Below are positions 28,713-41,029 of a stretch of DNA of 64,000 nucleotides, piece after piece. The DNA is taken from contig JBHJOQ010000036.1 of assembly GCA_050329555.1 (NCBI GenBank), forward strand, positions 13,962 through 77,961, in the 5' to 3' direction. Under the pieces are notes generated by a model. The model had not been told where the DNA came from and ran no database searches. It saw only the letters and a list, made by a program, of their open reading frames with translations. Source of the stretch: Acidimicrobiia bacterium (GTDB lineage: Bacteria; Actinomycetota; Acidimicrobiia; Spongiisociales; ZC4RG35). The translations under genes were made by a program, and so were the position numbers. Within the stretch, counting starts at the first letter, position 1, and each line of letters opens with the position of its first letter.

Positions 28713-29366
28713 CTAGTTCAGCGGGCAACCGCTCTCGTTGGCGGCTTCGAGGAGGTTTTTTGCACCTTCGAAGTCACCCGAGGCGTACGCCTCCTGAACC
28801 AGCGCTATCACTTCGGCGGTCGAGTAGTCGTAAGAGACCCCACCGCTCGCCGAGTTCAGCAGCGCAGCAACAGCATGACGACCGAGAGCTTTTTCTCCCC
28901 CTCCGCCCTGCTGGAGGGCACCGAGAAGGCTCTTGTCGAACGATGCATCGACACCGAACACGGTCTCGTAGCTATCAGTGGGGCTGTAACCGGTCCACGA
29001 ATCGAAGTGGTGTACCTGCTTCCAGTAACCAGGTGTGCAGCCCTCACCACCAGCTGGCGGTGGCGGGGTGCAGGTCACCGTTAGGCTCCCCTGCGTCGAG
29101 GTCACCCTGTCCTGGGTCGCCTCGAGAGCGAGAGTGAGCTGATCCGAACCCGACGAGGTGAACCCCTCAGAGTCACTGCTGACCTTGAACGGTGCGTCCT
29201 CGATTCCCTGGAGTGACATCAAGAGCACCCCGTTGAGGTACACATTGATGTTGTGTCCCAGGTGGACCGAGGAACCGTTCTCTGACTCGACTTCCGCCGT
29301 GCACTCCGAACCGGCTGGATCGGTCACCGTGACTCCACCCAACGGCAGCTCGTCTCCTACCACCAC
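28713..29366 (-). CDS. Secreted Cys-containing hypothetical protein, mature part. A separate 36-codon signal-peptide ORF at 29388-29498 lies in the same frame behind a TAG.
   Basis: 217-aa ORF. Upstream in frame: MRRQSKLSGKFVMSATVALFMVLLAGPAMAETSTVS-TAG-DFSRGERVVVGDELPLGG. Confidence 0.5.
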   Translation of the reverse strand: MVVGDELPLGGVTVTDPAGSECTAEVESENGSSVHLGHNINVYLNGVLLMSLQGIEDAPFKVSSDSEGFTSSGSDQLTLALEATQDRVTSTQGSLTVTCTPPPPAGGEGCTPGYWKQVHHFDSWTGYSPTDSYETVFGVDASFDKSLLGALQQGGGGEKALGRHAVAALLNSASGGVSYDYSTAEVIALVQEAYASGDFEGAKNLLEAANESGCPLN

Positions 29367-29635
29367 CCTCTCGCCACGCGAGAAGTCCTAGGAAACCGTG
29401 CTGGTCTCCGCCATGGCCGGACCTGCCAGCAGGACCATAAATAGAGCGACGGTTGCGCTCATCACAAACTTGCCGGACAGTTTTGACTGTCTCCGCATTT
29501 GATTGCCTCCCATATAGTTTTGTCATCCATCCCCACAGATAACGCCCGCAGCATAACGCACTGAGCGGATGAATGCTACTTAGAGTGACGACGATCTTCT
29601 GCCGTCGCAGCCTCCGGGAAGTAACGTCATCAGGT

Positions 29636-30760
29636 ATGGACAGAAGTGTCGAGTCCGATATCGTTCAGGGCGGCCACTCTTTCGATCCCGACGGCGGGGT
29701 GGTGCCCCCGATCCAGCCGTCAACGACATTCGCCCGCGACATCGACTACGAATTGGCGAGCGGATACCTCTATTCGAGGCACGGGGCACCCAATCACCGG
29801 GCAGTGGAACGGCTGGCCGCCAGTCTGAACAGCGGCGTCGACGCGAGAGTGTTTGCATCCGGTCTGGCGGCATTCACCGCCCTTGTAGAGACGGTGCCGC
29901 CCGGCGCGCCGGTGGTGGCACCCGAAGTCATGTACCACGGGGGCATGTTGTGGTTGCGGAGACTCCACGAGGCCGGGCGAATCGAGCTATTCGTTTTCGA
30001 CCAGTCGACGCCGGGGACGATGGAAGCCACAATCGGGCGTGCCAATCCCGATCTGGTCTGGATCGAAACGCCGGTCAATCCAACCTGGGACGTGATCGAC
30101 ATCCGCGCTGCGGCACACGCCGCCCATGCTGTTGGTGGCCTGCTCGCGGTGGATTCAACGGTGGCGCCACTCACCACCCGCCCGATCGAGCTCGGCGCCG
30201 ACTACGCCTTCCACTCGGCCACGAAGTTCTACAACGGTCATGCCGACCTGCTCGGCGGGTTACTGGTGACCGCCGAAGCCAATGAACGGTGGGACCAGGT
30301 CCATTGGATCAGGACCCATACCGGAGCGGTGATGGGCGCTTTCGAGGCCTGGCTGCTGCTCCGGGGAATGAAGACCCTCTACCTCAGGGTCGACAGGGCA
30401 TCGGAGAGCGCAATGGCCATCGCCCGCCATTTCGAAGGACACCCCGCCGTGGACGCAGTGCTCTACCCGGGACTCGAGTCGCACCCGGGCCATGAAGTGG
30501 CGAAAGCCCAGATGGACCGGGGATTCGGTGCGATGCTCTCGCTCTTGGTCGCAGGTGGCTTCGCCGCTGCACACCGGGTTGCCACTTCGACGGAGGTATT
30601 CATCCCGGCGACATCGCTCGGGAGTGTTGAGAGCCTGATAGAACACCGCACGGTCCTCGAACCTCCGGAGTCGGTTGTCCCCGACAACCTCCTCCGCCTA
30701 TCAGTAGGCATCGAACCGGTCGACGAGTTGATCGCCGACCTGGAACAGGCCCTCGCCTGA
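29636..30760 (+). CDS. PLP-dependent Cys/Met-metabolism enzyme (cystathionine gamma-synthase/lyase family)
   Basis: Lysine-containing FHSATKFYNGHADLLGG motif. Start MDRSVESD. Confidence 0.85.
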   Translation: MDRSVESDIVQGGHSFDPDGGVVPPIQPSTTFARDIDYELASGYLYSRHGAPNHRAVERLAASLNSGVDARVFASGLAAFTALVETVPPGAPVVAPEVMYHGGMLWLRRLHEAGRIELFVFDQSTPGTMEATIGRANPDLVWIETPVNPTWDVIDIRAAAHAAHAVGGLLAVDSTVAPLTTRPIELGADYAFHSATKFYNGHADLLGGLLVTAEANERWDQVHWIRTHTGAVMGAFEAWLLLRGMKTLYLRVDRASESAMAIARHFEGHPAVDAVLYPGLESHPGHEVAKAQMDRGFGAMLSLLVAGGFAAAHRVATSTEVFIPATSLGSVESLIEHRTVLEPPESVVPDNLLRLSVGIEPVDELIADLEQALA

Positions 30761-30764
30761 ACCC

Positions 30765-30812
30765 TTCTGTGTCGATTTCGAACACCACGGTATGACGCGG
30801 ATCGACACAGAA
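30765..30812. repeat. Single copy of the TTCTGTGTCGAT...ATCGACACAGAA palindromic element between convergent genes
   Basis: TTCTGTGTCGATTTCGAACACCACGGTATGACGCGGATCGACACAGAA. Confidence 0.8.
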
Positions 30813-30831
30813 GGTCGGGGCTCCGGAGCGT

Positions 30832-32190
30832 CTAGCCGGCGACCACCGGGACGTCCTCCATGGCAGTTGCTATCGCCTCGGCCGGATGGTCGTAGTCGAC
30901 CAGTTCCCCGTTGAAATGGGCCTGGTAGGAAGCCATGTCGAAGTGGCCATGTCCGGAGAGATTGAACAAGATGACCTTTTCCTCGCCTGACTCTTTCGCC
31001 TTGATCGCTTCGTTCATCGCCGAGGCCACCGCATGTGTCGGCTCGGGGCCGGGAATGATCCCTTCCACCCGGGCGAATTCGACGGCCCGTGCGAACGTCT
31101 CGGTCTGGTTGAGTGATTCCGCCTCGACGATGCCCTCGTCTACCAGTAACGAGACCAGCGGGGCCATCCCGTGGTAGCGAAGACCGCCGGCATGGATCGG
31201 GTCGGGGATGAAACCGTGTCCCAGGGTGTGCATCTTCACCAGCGGGGTCATCCCCGCGGTGTCGCCGAAGTCGAACTGGTAGCTCCCCTTGGTTAGCGAC
31301 GGTGCCGCAGCCGGCTCCACCGCCCGGATCACCGGGTCCATCTTTCCGGCGAGCTTCTCCCGCACGAAGGGGAAGGCGAGGCCGGCAAAATTCGAGCCGC
31401 CACCGGTACAGCCGATTACTACGTCAGGGGTCTCTTCGACCAGGGCGAGCTGTTTCAGCGCTTCCTCGCCGATGATCGTCTGGTGCATGAGGACATGGTT
31501 GAGGACCGAGCCCAACGAGTACTTCACGTCGTCGTTGGTGGCCGCCACCTCGACCGCCTCGGAGATTGCAATCCCCAGGCTGCCCGAGGTGTTCGGGTCG
31601 TTGGCGAGGATTCGGCGTCCGGTCTCGGTCCGGTCAGAGGGCGATGGGTGGATCGTCGCCCCATAGGTCTCGATCATCGCCTTTCGGTATGGCTTCTGGT
31701 CGTATGAGGCACGGACCATGAATACCTCACACTCCAGCCCGAACAAGGCACAGGCGAAGGCGAGTGCCGAGCCCCATTGGCCGGCTCCCGTCTCCGTCGA
31801 CAGCTTCTTCACCCCGGCTTTGGCGTTGTAATACGCCTGGGCCACAGCGGTGTTCGGCTTGTGTGAACCGACCGGGCTGACGCCTTCGTACTTGTAGTAG
31901 ATGCGAGCGGGGCCGCCGATCATCTCCTCGAGGCCATGGGCCCGGTACATCGGAGTCGGCCTCCACTTCCGATAGATCTCGCGGATCTCCTCCGGAATCT
32001 CGACGAAACGGTCCGAGGACACCTCCTGGAGGATCAGGTCCATCGGGAAGAGAGGTGCGAGGTCGTCGGGCCCCACCGGTTGGTGTGTCCCGGGATGGAG
32101 TACCGGAGGTGCAGGCACCGGGAGGTCGGGGACGATGTTGTACCAGTGCGACGGCAGGTCCGACTCGGCGAGGGTGATCTTGGTAGCCAT
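30832..32190 (-). CDS. TrpB2-type tryptophan synthase beta-like PLP enzyme
   Basis: 452 aa, the long TrpB2 form, with motif GGGSNFAG. Confidence 0.85.
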   Translation of the reverse strand: MATKITLAESDLPSHWYNIVPDLPVPAPPVLHPGTHQPVGPDDLAPLFPMDLILQEVSSDRFVEIPEEIREIYRKWRPTPMYRAHGLEEMIGGPARIYYKYEGVSPVGSHKPNTAVAQAYYNAKAGVKKLSTETGAGQWGSALAFACALFGLECEVFMVRASYDQKPYRKAMIETYGATIHPSPSDRTETGRRILANDPNTSGSLGIAISEAVEVAATNDDVKYSLGSVLNHVLMHQTIIGEEALKQLALVEETPDVVIGCTGGGSNFAGLAFPFVREKLAGKMDPVIRAVEPAAAPSLTKGSYQFDFGDTAGMTPLVKMHTLGHGFIPDPIHAGGLRYHGMAPLVSLLVDEGIVEAESLNQTETFARAVEFARVEGIIPGPEPTHAVASAMNEAIKAKESGEEKVILFNLSGHGHFDMASYQAHFNGELVDYDHPAEAIATAMEDVPVVAG

Positions 32191-32386
32191 GTGACGAACT
32201 TACACTCTCGACAACTTCCGTGAGCGCCAGAACCACCGTCCGGTGGGCGCGAGCGGCGGGTGTGGGCATAGGGCTGAGTAGGGTTTGCGGCGGCATGGAC
32301 ACCCTCTCCCCACTCACGCACCGAGCCTTGCCCGCTGATCCAAGCGCGGGTGACCCACCCCGAACCGGGTCGGCTGACCAAGGCCG

Positions 32387-32866
32387 ATGAGCACAATCGG
32401 GGAAGTCCTCATCGGGTTCGTGATCCTGGTCGGTCTGGCCGGGATCGTGTTGCCGATACTTCCCGGACTCGCATTGATCGTCGGTGCGGTGCTCATCTGG
32501 GCTGTGGTCGAGGCAACTGCCGTCGCTTGGGGTGTCTTCGCCATCTGTTTCGGGCTCGGGGCGGTTGCCACGGTGGTCAAATACCTGATCCCGGGCCGGC
32601 AGCTCAAGGAATCAGGTGTGGCCCTCTCGACAATGCTGATCGCTCTGTTCGGTGCGGTCATCGGCTTCTTCGTCATCCCCGTCGTAGGCGCTCCCATCGG
32701 CTTCATGGTCGCCATCTACCTGATCCAGTGGAACCGGATGGGGCGCAACGAGGCATGGCCGGCGACCCTGCGGACCGCTGGTGCAATCGCCCTCTCCATC
32801 GGCATCGAACTCGCCGGCGGCCTGCTCATCTTCGGCGTCTGGTTGATCGCCGCGATCTGGGCTTAG
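32387..32866 (+). CDS. DUF456-family membrane protein
   Basis: 159 aa with four transmembrane helices and a Gly-rich motif. Confidence 0.75.
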   Translation: MSTIGEVLIGFVILVGLAGIVLPILPGLALIVGAVLIWAVVEATAVAWGVFAICFGLGAVATVVKYLIPGRQLKESGVALSTMLIALFGAVIGFFVIPVVGAPIGFMVAIYLIQWNRMGRNEAWPATLRTAGAIALSIGIELAGGLLIFGVWLIAAIWA

Positions 32867-32879
32867 GTCACTAACGCGC

Positions 32880-34832
<1,953 letters not shown>

Positions 34833-34843
34833 GCAATTCTCCT

Positions 34844-36343
34844 CTACAGCTTCTGCTCAGTGGAAACTAACAGCCTTCGCTGCTGCCAAACCACGAAAAG
34901 GACCGACAGTACGGCAAGGTACATCAGCCAGTCCCCGAGCCGAGCGTAGACGGTGGGAGATCCCGGTTGTACTTCCCCGTACACGATCTCGATCGTCCCC
35001 AGCCCCGAAACATCGGAGGTGAGCGCGCCGTGGCGGTCGATAATCACCGACTTTCCGGTCACTGCGGCATGAATCACCGGAACACCCAACTCCGCCGCTC
35101 GCATTCTTGTCATCCCGATCAGCTGATCGGAGGCCGGAGTGGTGCCGTAGGAGCCTTCGTTGGTGGCGACGACTATCACATTCGCGCCGGCGAGGACGTG
35201 CTGTCTGGCGTACCGTGCGAAGGAACCCTCGAACGAGATGACCGATCCCAGGGTGAAGTCAGGATGGTCGAACACCACCGGGCCCTCTCCCGGGATCATG
35301 TCACGGGGAACCTGGGACAGGTCGGGAATCCACTCGAACAGACGTCGAAACGGGATGTACTCCCCGAAGGGGACACCCTGCTGCTTACGATACTCGCCGA
35401 CTATCTCGCCGCGGTCATCGAAGACCACGTTGGCGTTGATCCAATTCTCGTCGCTGATCGGGCGGTCGGTACCCACCAGGAACCACGAGCCGATGCGGGC
35501 CGCCTCGTCGCCGATTGCTTCGCCGATCTCCTCATTCTGGACCGGGTCGGCGTTGAAAGATCCTGAGGATCCTTCCGACCAGACCACAAGTGCAACCGCA
35601 CCGGGTTCGATTTCAGCGGTCAGCGCAATGTGCTGTTGGAAAGTGCGGAGCCGTTCGTCGGGAGGGCACTTCTCATATGGACACGGAGTCGAGCCCTGGA
35701 CAATCGCCACCGACGTCGACTCGGTTGCGTTTTCTGCGGTCACTCCATCGAGCACGAGCGCAGCACCGATTGCCAGCGCTGGCAACGCGAATGGCACCAG
35801 CAGCCACCACGACCATGTGGCGCGTCCGATGAGCATCCCAACCACCAGGACCAGGCCGGCAGCAACTCCCACGACGAGGACGGTCCAACCCGAGGTGCCG
35901 ATGAGCGAGGCAGCAGATCGGACCGGGGACAACCCGGAGAGGGCATAACCGGCACCTCCCCATTCCAGGCCGCTGAACGGGAGGTTGTACCGGATGAGCT
36001 CCACCAGCGACCAGATGGCGACGCAATACCCGGCCCAGATCCCTGGCGGAGCATCGCGGTGGCCCGCCAGCCACCAGCCGAAAAACCATAAGTAGGACGA
36101 TTGCACAATTGCGAGCGGAACTAGGGCGATGAGACCGAGCTCGCTCGACCACCACATCAAGACCATGAAAAAGCTGAACCCGTAGATCGCTCCGACAAAC
36201 ATCCCTTGGAAGCGGCTGCTCGTCGACCGCAGCGCCCAAAGGAACAGCGCAATCCCGGGAACGATCAGCAACCCGGGTCCGAATCGAGGGAAAGCCAAAC
36301 CCGAAACGACACCGCCGACGAGGGCAAGGAGCAGTGAAATCAC
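34844..36343 (-). CDS. lnt: Apolipoprotein N-acyltransferase
   Basis: Multi-transmembrane N-terminus followed by a C-terminal carbon-nitrogen hydrolase domain (499 aa). Confidence 0.85.
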   Translation of the reverse strand: MISLLLALVGGVVSGLAFPRFGPGLLIVPGIALFLWALRSTSSRFQGMFVGAIYGFSFFMVLMWWSSELGLIALVPLAIVQSSYLWFFGWWLAGHRDAPPGIWAGYCVAIWSLVELIRYNLPFSGLEWGGAGYALSGLSPVRSAASLIGTSGWTVLVVGVAAGLVLVVGMLIGRATWSWWLLVPFALPALAIGAALVLDGVTAENATESTSVAIVQGSTPCPYEKCPPDERLRTFQQHIALTAEIEPGAVALVVWSEGSSGSFNADPVQNEEIGEAIGDEAARIGSWFLVGTDRPISDENWINANVVFDDRGEIVGEYRKQQGVPFGEYIPFRRLFEWIPDLSQVPRDMIPGEGPVVFDHPDFTLGSVISFEGSFARYARQHVLAGANVIVVATNEGSYGTTPASDQLIGMTRMRAAELGVPVIHAAVTGKSVIIDRHGALTSDVSGLGTIEIVYGEVQPGSPTVYARLGDWLMYLAVLSVLFVVWQQRRLLVSTEQKL

Positions 36344-36364
36344 GACGCTACGGTACCCATTGGA

Positions 36365-37204
36365 TTGTCCAAGTTCCCCGGCCCGGCACGACGCCGTAAA
36401 GTCTTCGAGATGTGGGAAGGTGATCTATGGGTGGCTCTGCGTGCAGCGCGAGCCGGTGCCGACGAAGTGCTGGCCGGAGCCGGCTCCGCCTTCCTGACGC
36501 AGATGAAGGGAATAGTCGACCCTGTTACCGAGATCGACGAGCGCGCGGAAACAGCGATTCGGGCCAGCATCGGGTCCCACTTCCCCGACGACTCGATACT
36601 CGGCGAGGAGCGGGGTGGCGATGGCTGGAAGAAGGGCAGGGTGTGGATCATCGACCCGTTGGACGGCACGATCAATTTCGTCCATTCGATACCACACTTC
36701 TCGGTTTCAGTCGCCTTGTGGGATGACGGCGCGCCGTTGATCGGCGTGGTCATCGATGTCATGCGTCAGGAGGAGTTCGTCGCGGTGCGCGGCGAAGGGG
36801 CGCGGCTCAATGACCTGCCCATCGGAGTCTCGTCGACTCCGTCCATGAACGAATCTGTAATCGTCACCGGGTTTCCCTACGACCGCCAGCATCACGCCCG
36901 CGAGTACCTCGAAGTCGTGGCCAATGTGCTGGAGATAGCGCAGGGAATCCGTCGTCTCGGCTCGGCGGCGCTCGACCTCGCCTGGGTGGCCTGCGGGCGC
37001 TTCGACGCATACTGGGAGTTCGGGATCAAACCGTGGGATGCGGCAGCGGGGACCCTCCTCGTCACCGAAGCAGGTGGCACAGTCAGCGACCATCACGGAG
37101 CGACCAACGATCTCGACGCAGGTGCCTGTATCGCCAGCAACGGGAAGATCCACGACGAACTGCGCGAGATAGTTTCGAGCGGGATGCCGGAGCACCTGAA
37201 GTGA
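36365..37204 (+). CDS. Inositol monophosphatase family protein (SuhB/ImpA). Start may be at 36410.
   Basis: WIIDPLDGT and GAALDLAWVACGRFDAYWE motifs. Confidence 0.85.
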   Translation: MSKFPGPARRRKVFEMWEGDLWVALRAARAGADEVLAGAGSAFLTQMKGIVDPVTEIDERAETAIRASIGSHFPDDSILGEERGGDGWKKGRVWIIDPLDGTINFVHSIPHFSVSVALWDDGAPLIGVVIDVMRQEEFVAVRGEGARLNDLPIGVSSTPSMNESVIVTGFPYDRQHHAREYLEVVANVLEIAQGIRRLGSAALDLAWVACGRFDAYWEFGIKPWDAAAGTLLVTEAGGTVSDHHGATNDLDAGACIASNGKIHDELREIVSSGMPEHLK

Positions 37205-38454
37205 GATTCCACGACCATCACTTCCATCCGCTCGGATACGTGGGAATGGTCACCGGCCTCGACCTCAACGACGCCGCCGATTTCGATGATCTCGCTCGCC
37301 GCCTGGCCGACCGGGGAGATTCCACTGACAGTGCGATCATCGGCCAGCGCCTCAACGACGAGGGATTGCAAGAACGTTCGCTACCGGACCGGAGCCTCCT
37401 CGACTCGGTCTCCCCCGACCGCCCCATCCTGGTCTACAGGTATTGCGGCCATATCGGGATCGCCAACACGGCCGCTCTCGAGCTGGCCGGGATCCGTTCC
37501 GGAGTCGGCGACCCCGACGGCGGGTCCATCGATAGGGGCCCAAACGGAGAACCAACAGGTGTCGTCCGCGAAACGGCCTTGAAAATCGTGTCCGACGCCC
37601 TCTCCGGGATGAGTACCGGGCCCGGAAGCCAGGAGATCCTCGACGCCTTCGGCCGACTGGAGGATCTGGGCATCGGTTCGGTGACCGGCATGGTCTCGGC
37701 GGGAGAGCCGATGTGGTGCGGGGTCGGCAACGAGCTGGAGACCCTGATCGGGCTTGCCACCGAGCTCCCCATCGACATCAACGTCATAGTCATCACCGAT
37801 ACTCCCGAGACGCTGGCGTCGGCGGCGGAGCGGATTGGAGCGGCCGGCGGGCGGCTGCGATTCGGAGGATGGAAGGATTTCGCCGACGGAAGTCTCGGAG
37901 GACACACCGCGGCGATGCACGAGCCGTTTGCCGACAGGCCCGACGAGGTGGGGATGCTCAGACTCCGCCCGGCGCGTGCCGGGGCGATGGCACGCGCTTC
38001 ACTCGAGCTAGGGGGTGATGTCGCGATCCACGCCATTGGAGACCGGGCAAATGACGAGGTCGCCGAGTTCTTCGAGCACCTCACTTCCGAAGGGGCCGAC
38101 CCTGACCGTCTCCGGGTCGAGCACGCTTCGATACTCACCGAGCGGACCGTCGCCAGATTCGCTGCCCTCGGGATCACCGCCTCGATTCAGCCTGCGTTTC
38201 TTGCCTCCGAGGAGGACTGGCTGGAGAGAAGGCTCGGCACGGTGCGAATGGGTCGCGCCTACCCCTTCAGGGAGATGGCCGAAGCAGGGTTGCGGCTGCT
38301 CGGGGGCAGCGACTGCCCGGTGGAACCACCCGACCCCCGGATTGGGATCAAGGCTGCAGTGGATCGTCACGGGATCAATCCCGGCCAGGCCCTCACCGAA
38401 GACCAGGCCTTGCAACTGTTCCACCCACCCGATCCCCCGCTGACCCGGACCTGA
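37201..38454 (+). CDS. Metal-dependent amidohydrolase family protein
   Basis: GTG start overlapping the suhB stop. N-terminal HDHHFH metal-binding motif. About 417 aa. Confidence 0.7.
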   Translation: MRFHDHHFHPLGYVGMVTGLDLNDAADFDDLARRLADRGDSTDSAIIGQRLNDEGLQERSLPDRSLLDSVSPDRPILVYRYCGHIGIANTAALELAGIRSGVGDPDGGSIDRGPNGEPTGVVRETALKIVSDALSGMSTGPGSQEILDAFGRLEDLGIGSVTGMVSAGEPMWCGVGNELETLIGLATELPIDINVIVITDTPETLASAAERIGAAGGRLRFGGWKDFADGSLGGHTAAMHEPFADRPDEVGMLRLRPARAGAMARASLELGGDVAIHAIGDRANDEVAEFFEHLTSEGADPDRLRVEHASILTERTVARFAALGITASIQPAFLASEEDWLERRLGTVRMGRAYPFREMAEAGLRLLGGSDCPVEPPDPRIGIKAAVDRHGINPGQALTEDQALQLFHPPDPPLTRT

Positions 38455-38480
38455 TTTCGGGTTAGGGAAACACGGGAAGC

Positions 38481-38655
38481 AACTAGTGTCCTGTACGGTT
38501 GGTTCGCTTGCTATTTCGGCGAGCCATTTTCATTTCTGGCAAGGACGCAGGACGAAGTCGCACTGGGCCGTTCGGCGAGGACGAGGACGCTGCCAGGGGT
38601 GAAAAGGGCCGCTGAAATACACGCATGATCAGCCGGACAGGACACTAGCGTCCTG
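38481..38655. repeat. 17/18-bp inverted repeat (AACTAGTGTCCTGTACGG / CCGGACAGGACACTAGCG) flanking a lower-GC segment of about 130 bp. The right arm is itself a local palindrome ending 7 nt before the M3 peptidase ATG.
   Basis: Read directly from the sequence. Confidence 0.7.
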
Positions 38656-38661
38656 CTTCGC

Positions 38662-40614
38662 ATGTACTCATATACAGACATAACCGCAGAAGAGATAGCC
38701 AAAGGCACCGATCGCGCCATCGACGAGGCGCGCAGGGTCCTCGACGATGCCGTCGCTCCCGAAGGTGAACGATCGTTTGCCAACACCCTGATGCCGGTCG
38801 ACCGGATCGGCGACATCCTGTCACATGCCTTCGCCCGCTACGCCTTCATGGGATACGTCCACCCCGACGCCGGTGTGCGCAAGGCCGGCAACGACGCCCA
38901 GGAGAAGCTGAACACCTTCGGCGTCGAGATGATCTTCCGGGACGACCTCAACACCGCGGTCAAGGAGTACGCCGACACCGATGAGGCAGCGAACCTCGAG
39001 GGCGAGCAGGCACGGTTCCTCGAGTTCCTCCTGCGGGACCTTCGCCGTGCTGGCCATGAGCTCGATCCCTCGGTCAGGACGGCAGTCAAGGATAAGACGC
39101 AACGCCTGGTCGAGCTCGGGGTCAGGTTCCAGAACAACATCGACGAATGGTCCGATCACATCCTGGTCACCAACGACGACCTCGACGGGCTACCAGGTTC
39201 GTTCGCCGAGTCGCTCGAGATCGACGAGGAGACCGGGAAACTCAAAGTCACGCTCGACTATCCCCACATCCTCCCATTCACAGAGAACGCCAAACGCCGC
39301 GACCTCAGGGAAGAGCTCAGCCGGAAATTCAACACCCAGGCGGTAGCTGAGAATCGTCCGTTGCTCGAGGAGGCGATCCAGCTTCGAGACGAGATCGCAA
39401 AGGCATTCGGCCTCTCCAGCTGGGCGCACTATCAGCTCGAAGAGAGGATGGCGAAGACACCCGAGGCCATCTTCGAGTTCTATGAAGACCTTCTGCCTCC
39501 CCTCACCGAACAGGGCAAAGCCGATGTCGGTGAGATGGCAGCCCTGCTTGCAAGCGACGACGGGGACAGCGAGGTGCAAGTCTGGGACTGGCGCTTCTAC
39601 GATACCCAGCAAAGAAGGACCGACTACGGGGTGGACCCTTTCGAGGTGGCCGCCTACTTCCCACTCGACGCCGTGCTCAACGGGATGTTCGCGTTGGTGC
39701 AGCAGACCTTCGGTCTTACCTTCGAGGAAGTCGATGCATCGGAAGCGTGGCATCCCGACGTCCGTTTGTTCTCGATGTCGGACACCTCCTCGGGCGAACA
39801 GCTCGCCCACTTCTACCTCGACCTGTTCCCGAGGGAGGGCAAGTACGGGCACGCCGCCGAATTCCCGCTCGTGCTCAGCCGGCGGCTCGAGGACGGTTCG
39901 TATCAGGACCCGGTGTGCGCGATGGTCGCCAACTTCACCAAGCCGACCAAGAGCGCGCCGTCCCTCCTGCAACATTCCGAGGTTGAGACCCTGTTCCACG
40001 AGTTCGGTCACGTTCTCCACCAGAACCTGGGAAGGACCGAACTGGCCAGGTTCTCAGGGACAAACGTAGAACGCGACTTCGTCGAGGCGCCGAGCCAGAT
40101 CATGCAGCATTGGATATGGAGAGTCGATGTGCTCAAGAAGTTCGCTAGGCACCATGAGACCGGAGAGCCGATCCCCGATTCTTTGGTCGACAAGCTCGTC
40201 GAAGCGCGCCAGCTCAACATTGCCGTCCACCAGTTGCGCCAGCTCCAATTCGGTTGGCTCGACCAGGAGATCCACAAGCCGGGACCGGAGAAGGACCTGG
40301 TTCAGGCACTGAAAGACGCTGCCACCATCTCGCTCCTTCCCCACCCTGAGGGCACCTTCTCCCTGGCTTCCTTCGGCCACCTCATGGGCGGATACGACGC
40401 CGCCTACTACGGTTACATGTGGTCGGAGGTCTACGGAGACGATATGTTCTCGGTCTTCGAGGAGAAGGGGGCGACCAACCCCGAAGTCGGAATGGCCTAC
40501 CGCCGCGAAGTGCTGGAGAAGGGCGGGGCGGTCAACGCCGACGAAATGCTGCGCAAGTTTCTCGGTCGGGAACCCGATAACAAAGCATTCCTCAACAAAT
40601 TGGGGATTAGCTAA
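38662..40614 (+). CDS. M3-family zinc metallopeptidase (oligopeptidase A / Dcp-like)
   Basis: HEFGH motif and 650 aa length. Confidence 0.9.
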   Translation: MYSYTDITAEEIAKGTDRAIDEARRVLDDAVAPEGERSFANTLMPVDRIGDILSHAFARYAFMGYVHPDAGVRKAGNDAQEKLNTFGVEMIFRDDLNTAVKEYADTDEAANLEGEQARFLEFLLRDLRRAGHELDPSVRTAVKDKTQRLVELGVRFQNNIDEWSDHILVTNDDLDGLPGSFAESLEIDEETGKLKVTLDYPHILPFTENAKRRDLREELSRKFNTQAVAENRPLLEEAIQLRDEIAKAFGLSSWAHYQLEERMAKTPEAIFEFYEDLLPPLTEQGKADVGEMAALLASDDGDSEVQVWDWRFYDTQQRRTDYGVDPFEVAAYFPLDAVLNGMFALVQQTFGLTFEEVDASEAWHPDVRLFSMSDTSSGEQLAHFYLDLFPREGKYGHAAEFPLVLSRRLEDGSYQDPVCAMVANFTKPTKSAPSLLQHSEVETLFHEFGHVLHQNLGRTELARFSGTNVERDFVEAPSQIMQHWIWRVDVLKKFARHHETGEPIPDSLVDKLVEARQLNIAVHQLRQLQFGWLDQEIHKPGPEKDLVQALKDAATISLLPHPEGTFSLASFGHLMGGYDAAYYGYMWSEVYGDDMFSVFEEKGATNPEVGMAYRREVLEKGGAVNADEMLRKFLGREPDNKAFLNKLGIS

Positions 40615-40831
40615 ATCTGGGGGTACACCGTCTAGAATAGGTCAGCGCTGGGAACCAAATTATTCCTCGCGACGTCTTATGTCTGACCGGAGGCCGAAAG
40701 GCCCTGGAGTCAGATGACCGGCGGATTGACACCCGCCACACCCCTGATTCCTTTGATTGATGGAATCACAACCACAAGAGATTTGTTTCAACAAATAGAA
40801 ACCGAAACCCACCCACCAGGAGGGGTACATA

Positions 40832-41029
40832 ATGACTGATACAGTTAGAGGAGCGGCCATCAAGGGTGTAACCCGTCCGTCCAAGCGTTTTAACACCGGG
40901 CGCGTCTGCGCCAAAGGTGGATGTGACACCAGGCTTTCCCAGTACAACAAGGCGGAGTACTGCCATGCGCACGCTCCGATCCGCTTCCCCCGTGTTCGCG
41001 GGAAGATCATGGACGAACAAGACGCCTAA
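40832..41029 (+). CDS. Small basic protein (65 aa) with a putative Zn-ribbon-like C-x4-C-x12-C-H-x-H motif
   Basis: Perfect Shine-Dalgarno AGGAGG 8 nt upstream of the ATG. Motif CAKGGCDTRLSQYNKAEYCHAH. Inverted repeats lie upstream (TGATT-N5-AATCA and TTTGTT-TC-AACAAA). Confidence 0.5.
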   Translation: MTDTVRGAAIKGVTRPSKRFNTGRVCAKGGCDTRLSQYNKAEYCHAHAPIRFPRVRGKIMDEQDA

